DNA of 62,647 bases, filler included, from an uncultured bacterium (lineage in GTDB: Bacteria; AUK180), in assembly GCA_937863565.1 (NCBI GenBank). It is 6 parts of 6 records of this genome, joined end to end, with 100 filler letters (N's around TTAATTAATTAA, not from the genome) between each part and the next. Parts side by side here need not be neighbours in the genome. Positions count along the whole stretch, not along the records: positions 55,186 to 62,647 come from CALMGJ010000025.1; 5 more parts are not named here. One strand, written 5' to 3'. The position numbers and the translations under genes were made by a program. Every line of letters starts with the position of its first letter. The first letter of the stretch is position 1. The notes under the pieces are model-generated. The model did no database searches, had not been told where the DNA came from, and saw nothing but the letters and a program-made list of their open reading frames with translations. Below, piece after piece: positions 57,505-62,647 of the stretch.

Positions 57505-57513
57505 CATTACATT

Positions 57514-59334
57514 ATGAAAGAACCGTTTTTGGAAAGGCTTGCAAAAGGCCCGGTCCTGATGGACGGAGCCATGGGCACCATGCTTCATTCACTCGATGTC
57601 CCGAAGGGAGAATGCCTCGAGCATCTCAATCTCGTCAATCCCGGGATCGTTAGAAGCGTGCACAATGAATATGCGAAGGCGAAAGCCGAGATCATCACCA
57701 CGAACACTTTCGGGGCGAACAGGCACATCCTCTCCTATTTCGGACTTGCCGATTCCGTAGAGAACATCAACCGGGAAGCTGTGAACATCGTAAGGGCGCT
57801 CGGAGGCGATCTCTACATCGCGGGTTCCGTCGGCCCCGTTTCCAGGCCTTACGAGAATATTAAAACGCTGACCCGAGCAAAAATGCGCTCTATATTCAGA
57901 GAGCAGATTCAGATCCTTCTTGCGCAGAACGTGGACATCATCAAATTCGAGACCTTTTCTTCCCTTTCGGAAATAGTGCTCGCATTCGAGACGCTGAGGG
58001 AACTCGATGCCCGGATACCCGCTTTCTGTCTTCTTTCGTTCGTTGAGAACGGGAAAACGCTGAACGGAGTTTCCCCGAAGGATGCGTTCAGGGAACTGAG
58101 CAGGTCGGGATCGCCGATAAACGGCGCCAACTGCGGTATCGGGCCCCAGAGCACATACCAGATCGTGAACCAGATAACGACCTTCTCCAGATATTCCGTC
58201 ATCCAGCCCAATGCCGGACAGCCGGTTTTTCATTCGGGGAAGTTCATATATCCCGTCACGCCGGATTATTATGCAGTATATACGAAAAGGTTCCTTGAAG
58301 CGGGAGTGGACATCATAGGCGGCTGCTGCGGAACAACTCCGGCCCACATCAAAAAAGCCGGAGAGATAATGAAGATGCCGTTCAAAGTGAAGAAAGCCGC
58401 TCTTCCCCGGAAGGAGAGAACGGATAAAACGGTCAAATTCGTGAAGTTCCCCAATTCCTTCAAGGACTCCTTGAAAAACGGGTTCACCGTGACCGTCGAA
58501 GTGGACCCGCCGAAAGGCATCGACAATACCAGGACCTACGCATATATCAAGGCGCTCAGGGAAGCGGGCGTTGCGGCGGTCAATATCGCGGACAATCCTT
58601 TGGGGAAACTGAGGCAGTCAATTTCGGCCGTTTCTTTCGTTGCGAAAAGAGAGATCGGAATGGACGTGATCATCCATTTCTCCTGCAGGGACAAGAACCT
58701 GATAGGCATTCAGGCGGAACTTTTGAGCCTGTACTCGCTCGGCATCAACAATCTGCTCGCCATTACCGGGGATCCTCCTTCGGTCGGCGACTATCCCTTC
58801 GCCACTGCCGTTTACGAAGTGAACTCATCCGGCCTTATCGAGATCGTTTCGAATCTCAATAAGGGAACAGATTATCTCGGCAACCAGGTGCCCGCAAGAA
58901 CCGATTTTTTTATCGGCGCCGCCGCGGGAATGGACATATGCGGGAACAAGGAGGCCTTCAAGCATCTCGGCAGGAAGATCGCGAAGGGAGCGGGGTTCAT
59001 ACAGACCCAGCCCGTATATTCCTTCGAGGAAGCCGCAGTGCTTTCAAAAATGCTGAATAAAACGAAAAAACCGTTCATACTCGGAATACTGCCTCTTGTT
59101 TCATACGCTCATGCGGAGTTTCTCGCCAATGAGATACACGGCGTTAAAGTTCCCGGTGTTTTCCTTTCCAAACTCGAAAAAGCCAAAGGGGATGATGCCA
59201 TGGCCATCTCACTCGATTATACCGCCGATATGATAAGTAAGATTAAGGGCATCGCGAACGGAATCTGCATCATGACGCCTTTCAACAGGTATTCCTTCGT
59301 TCTGGAACTTTTAAAAAGAGTGAATGATAGTTAA
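57514..59334 (+). CDS. yitJ: Bifunctional homocysteine S-methyltransferase / methylenetetrahydrofolate reductase (YitJ-like)
   Basis: DGAMGT, TNTFGAN, GANCG, PNAG, GGCCGTTP; then VEVDPP, HFSCRDKN, ITGDP, QTQPVY. Confidence 0.92.
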   Translation: MKEPFLERLAKGPVLMDGAMGTMLHSLDVPKGECLEHLNLVNPGIVRSVHNEYAKAKAEIITTNTFGANRHILSYFGLADSVENINREAVNIVRALGGDLYIAGSVGPVSRPYENIKTLTRAKMRSIFREQIQILLAQNVDIIKFETFSSLSEIVLAFETLRELDARIPAFCLLSFVENGKTLNGVSPKDAFRELSRSGSPINGANCGIGPQSTYQIVNQITTFSRYSVIQPNAGQPVFHSGKFIYPVTPDYYAVYTKRFLEAGVDIIGGCCGTTPAHIKKAGEIMKMPFKVKKAALPRKERTDKTVKFVKFPNSFKDSLKNGFTVTVEVDPPKGIDNTRTYAYIKALREAGVAAVNIADNPLGKLRQSISAVSFVAKREIGMDVIIHFSCRDKNLIGIQAELLSLYSLGINNLLAITGDPPSVGDYPFATAVYEVNSSGLIEIVSNLNKGTDYLGNQVPARTDFFIGAAAGMDICGNKEAFKHLGRKIAKGAGFIQTQPVYSFEEAAVLSKMLNKTKKPFILGILPLVSYAHAEFLANEIHGVKVPGVFLSKLEKAKGDDAMAISLDYTADMISKIKGIANGICIMTPFNRYSFVLELLKRVNDS

Positions 59335-59917
59335 GAACATCCGTGTGGAACCCTCACTCGACAATGTATTGATAAGGCTCGGCTATAAAAGAACGGAGAC
59401 GGGCAGGATCGATAAAGAACCGCTATTAAAAGAACTCAAGAAAGCGGGCGCTTTCACCGATGCCGTTTACGTTTACAGGGATGTTCCGGTGAAGATATCG
59501 GGAAGCGAGATCGGACTCGGAAAAACGGCGCTTGAATCAAAAAGCCTCGCACGGCTTCTCAAGGACTGCACTTATGCCACGGTCTTCTTTGCGACGATAG
59601 GACCCGGGCTCGAAAAGCGTTCATCAAAACTGATGGAGAAAAAGGCGGAACCGGAGGCGCTTCTTCTGGACGCTATAGGTTCCGAGTGGGCGGAAGCGCT
59701 GGCGGAATTCATTCAGGAAAGAACCCGGATGCGGGCGGAAAAGAAGGGATTCAAGATCAAGCACCGCTTCAGTCCCGGTTACGGGGACCTGGGCCTTTCC
59801 GAGCAAAGACGTCTTTATACGCTTTGCGATGCGGGAAAGATCGGGATTGAGCTCACTGCCGATAATTTCATGGTGCCGCTGAAAAGCGTCTCCGCAGTTA
59901 TCGGGTGGTACAGATGA
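59324..59917 (+). CDS. Stand-alone methionine synthase reactivation (SAM-binding) domain
   Basis: ATIG, DAIGS..AE, RFSPGYGDL, IGI.LT...M.P.KSVSA.IG. Confidence 0.9.
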   Translation: MIVKNIRVEPSLDNVLIRLGYKRTETGRIDKEPLLKELKKAGAFTDAVYVYRDVPVKISGSEIGLGKTALESKSLARLLKDCTYATVFFATIGPGLEKRSSKLMEKKAEPEALLLDAIGSEWAEALAEFIQERTRMRAEKKGFKIKHRFSPGYGDLGLSEQRRLYTLCDAGKIGIELTADNFMVPLKSVSAVIGWYR

Positions 59918-62295
59918 CATTCGGCCCGAAAAGATTTTTAGAACATGTTCACATATCCGACGGAGCATACGGCACGATGTTCGCGCTCAGAGGATTGGAC
60001 CCCGAAAAGATATCCGAAGTTCTTAACCTCTATTCTCCCTTGACGGTCAGGCAACTTCAAATTGATTATATTGAAAGCGGGGCCGATCTTATAACCACGA
60101 ACACCTTCAATGCGAATCCTTTCAGACTGAAACATTACGGCCTGGGGGGAAAACTCCGCGAGATCATCAAAGCGGGCGCCGGCATCGCCGAAGAGGCGCG
60201 AAAAGTATCTAAGAAGGATGTTATTATATGCGGGTCGATCGGGCCTTCGGGGGAATTCCTGAAGCCGTTCGGCGAGACGGAATTCGACGCGCTGTACCGC
60301 GGATACTCGGAGACGGTGAAAGCTTTTGACGGAACGGCCTGCGATATGCTCATCATAGAGACGATAACGGACCTTCTCGAGATGAAAGCCCTGCTTCTTG
60401 CCGTTAAGGACAATACGGAAAAACCCGTGATCGCCCAGATGAGCTTCAACGGAGCAAGCACCGTCACGGGAACGCGCGGCGATGCTTTTGCCGTTATGGC
60501 GGCCGCGCTCGGCGCAGATGTGATTGGTCTCAACTGCGGGGCCGATAATGATGAATTAATAGTGCCGCTTAAGAAGATCCTGGAGAATACCGATCTTCCC
60601 GTGATCGTTCAGGCCAATGCCGGGATACCGAGGATCGAAGAGGGCAAGATCCGGTACGGGATAAGCCCTGAGGAATATGCCCGGGCCGCCGAACTATATT
60701 TCAACGCAGGCGCCAATATCATCGGTTCCTGCTGTGGTTCGACGCCCGAATTCACTAAAGAAATAGCGAAATCCGTAAAAGGGCTCTCCCCGAAAGCCCG
60801 CAAATTCCGGAAGGGATACGTGATCTCCGACAGGATATCCTCATACGCTTTCGGCAAAGGGCGGCCGCTTCTTATAATCGGGGAGAAGCTCAATTCCATA
60901 ACGAATAAAAGGCTCAAAGCGGCCGAGAGCGGGGGTGACCACAGCGTACTCAAGCAGGATGCTTTTTCTCAGGCCGAGGCGGGAGCAAAGGCGCTGGATA
61001 TCAATCTCGACGGATTGAAACCTTCTTCCACGACGGTCGCGGACATCATGTATGCCGTTCAGAATACCGTTGACAGGCCTTTAGTAATCGACTCCGTGAG
61101 CTCGGGGATATTCACCGAAGCGCTTCCCTACATCGCCGGGAAACCTATTGTTAATTCAGTGTATTTCAAGAAAGGCAAGATAGAGAAGACCGCACCGCTT
61201 CTTAAAAGATACGGCTGCTCGGTGATACTTCTTTCTATGGACGAGGAAGGGGTGGTCTTCGATACGGGAAGAAGACTTAAGGCTTTCGAGAAAGGCTATG
61301 ATACGCTTATCTCGCTGGGCATCGATCCTTCCGATATAATCGCCGATCCTATCGTGACCCCGATCGCATCAAATCCCGAAGGATCTAAAGTAACGCTTCA
61401 GATGATAGACGAACTTTCAAAAAGAGGGATCGCTACAGTGATCGGGCTTTCGAACATTTCCACGGGAATGCCGGCAAGAGCGAGGATAAACGGCGGATTT
61501 TTGAAGGAAGCGATGGAAGCCGGACTCTCCGCCGCGATCATGAATCCTTCGGACCTGAAATTCGCGGTCGAGGGCGGAGCGGCGGAACTGGTGAGGGAAC
61601 CGGAAAAGAGGATGGGAAGTTTCATCCGTGAATTTTCGGGAACGAAGGACGAAATTGAAGAGGAACCGAAAACACCTGAGGAGAATCTCAGAAGATGCAT
61701 TTCCCTCGGGATCGCGGATGGCATTGAGAAACATATCGAAGAGCTTATTCAGAGCGGGATGAAGGCCGTGGACATTATCGAGAACATGCTCATTCCGGAG
61801 ATCAGGCGCACCGGAGAGAGATTCGAAAGGCAGGAGGTTTTCCTTCCTCAGCTCATCGCTTCGGCAAAGGCGATGCAGAAAGCGAGCCATATGCTCAAAC
61901 CGTATCTGAAAAATAAGGACGGCACAAAGAAAAAGGGACGGATACTTCTTGCCACGGTAAAGGGCGACATTCACGATATCGGAAAAACGCTCGTAGGGAT
62001 AATCTTCGAGGGGTACGGAATAGAAGTCGTCGATGCGGGAAAAGATGCAGACAAGGAAAAGATACTCGAACTTTACAGAAAGGATAACTGCGATATGATC
62101 GGCCTTTCCGTTCTCATGACATCTACGCTATCTGCTTTAGAGGAGACCGTGGGATATCTGAGGAGCTCCGGTATAGGGAGCCCCATTCTTATCGGAGGGG
62201 CGGTCCTGAACGAGGAGATCGGGAAAAAACTCGGCTGTATTTACTGCAAGGACGCCATTTCCGGCGTAAAAGCGGTTTTAGAACTATCCCGCTGA
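59914..62295 (+). CDS. metH: Cobalamin-dependent methionine synthase lacking the activation domain
   Basis: Hcy domain (DGAYGT, GLNCG, GSCCG), pterin domain (IGEKLN, GLSNIS), cap (FLPQL), B12 motifs GDIHDIG and GLSVLMT. Confidence 0.92.
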   Translation: MTFGPKRFLEHVHISDGAYGTMFALRGLDPEKISEVLNLYSPLTVRQLQIDYIESGADLITTNTFNANPFRLKHYGLGGKLREIIKAGAGIAEEARKVSKKDVIICGSIGPSGEFLKPFGETEFDALYRGYSETVKAFDGTACDMLIIETITDLLEMKALLLAVKDNTEKPVIAQMSFNGASTVTGTRGDAFAVMAAALGADVIGLNCGADNDELIVPLKKILENTDLPVIVQANAGIPRIEEGKIRYGISPEEYARAAELYFNAGANIIGSCCGSTPEFTKEIAKSVKGLSPKARKFRKGYVISDRISSYAFGKGRPLLIIGEKLNSITNKRLKAAESGGDHSVLKQDAFSQAEAGAKALDINLDGLKPSSTTVADIMYAVQNTVDRPLVIDSVSSGIFTEALPYIAGKPIVNSVYFKKGKIEKTAPLLKRYGCSVILLSMDEEGVVFDTGRRLKAFEKGYDTLISLGIDPSDIIADPIVTPIASNPEGSKVTLQMIDELSKRGIATVIGLSNISTGMPARARINGGFLKEAMEAGLSAAIMNPSDLKFAVEGGAAELVREPEKRMGSFIREFSGTKDEIEEEPKTPEENLRRCISLGIADGIEKHIEELIQSGMKAVDIIENMLIPEIRRTGERFERQEVFLPQLIASAKAMQKASHMLKPYLKNKDGTKKKGRILLATVKGDIHDIGKTLVGIIFEGYGIEVVDAGKDADKEKILELYRKDNCDMIGLSVLMTSTLSALEETVGYLRSSGIGSPILIGGAVLNEEIGKKLGCIYCKDAISGVKAVLELSR

Positions 62296-62505
62296 CCCCT
62301 TCTTCATATTGCGGTATATCTTTATGAAATTCTCCACGGACCGGTCATAGGTCCTTTCCTCCATTTCATTAAAATAACAGGCGGGCAGTTCCCCGTTGCG
62401 CCGGTGATAAGCGATGCATTCGCAGCATATCCCCTTCCGGGGACACGGTTCATATGTGCAGTTGCATCCCCTTTTATTCCCGCTGACATTGCATTCCGTC
62501 ATCAT
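62284..62505 (-). CDS. Small Cys-rich protein, DUF6485-like
   Basis: [21 protein letters not shown]....LPACYF....E.TYDRS; AGGAGG SD. Confidence 0.8.
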   Translation of the reverse strand: MMTECNVSGNKRGCNCTYEPCPRKGICCECIAYHRRNGELPACYFNEMEERTYDRSVENFIKIYRNMKKGSAG

Positions 62506-62549
62506 TGCCTCCTTTACTACATTATAACAAGAAATGATGAAAAATTAAA

Positions 62550-62647
62550 AATGATAATAGAGGCTGGAGGCGAGACGAAGTGAATAGTGAAAAGAGTTGA
62601 GAGTTGAAAGTTGAGAGTTGAGAGTTGGGCGAAAAGCCAAGTGAATA
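62550..62647 (+). repeat. Composite repeat block at window end
   Basis: ATAGAGGCTGGAGG (also at about 51982), GTGAATAGTGAA, (GAGAGTT)n, and GAGTTGGGCGAAA matching the reverse complement of 32062-32074. Confidence 0.85.

Noticed and set aside
57240-57513. SAM or cobalamin riboswitch before the methionine genes
   Set aside because: No S-box or B12-box consensus is visible; the region is occupied by the inverted-repeat element and a promoter next to the ATG.

Overview
The window is six contigs of one moderate-GC bacterial draft genome, probably a diderm anaerobe. They are joined by artificial 100-nt N/TTAATTAATTAA linkers at 7983-8082, 31899-31998, 37889-37988, 52137-52236 and 55086-55185, so adjacency across these gaps means nothing. 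Most content is housekeeping. Contig 1: gatCAB, a COG2403/arginine-synthetase-like gene followed by a ferredoxin missed by the ORF track, and the 5' end of pilB. Contig 2: a beta-CASP RNase, a TamB-like gene, a WecA-like gene with dapL and folK, lipA, and the dcw cluster (mraZ to murC) with MraZ boxes. Contig 3: Fic, GH130 and GT4 genes. Contig 4: a nine-gene Na+-type V/A-ATPase. Contig 5: glgP and tRNA-Ala(CGC). Contig 6: a split B12 methionine-synthase locus. The most interesting signal is non-coding. A modular, strand-polarised family of 7-8-nt tandem repeats (GTTAACGG, GTGTGGA, GAGAGTT, AATGAAN) fills gene junctions in the accessory regions and sits at several contig ends. In one place inverted copies enclose a four-helix-bundle (23S-IVS-protein/Avd-like) gene (47916-48490). 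In another the same two flanks are joined with the gene missing (33531-33605), which looks like a filled/empty pair of an uncharacterised element. All calls come from motif recognition by eye; no database searches were run.
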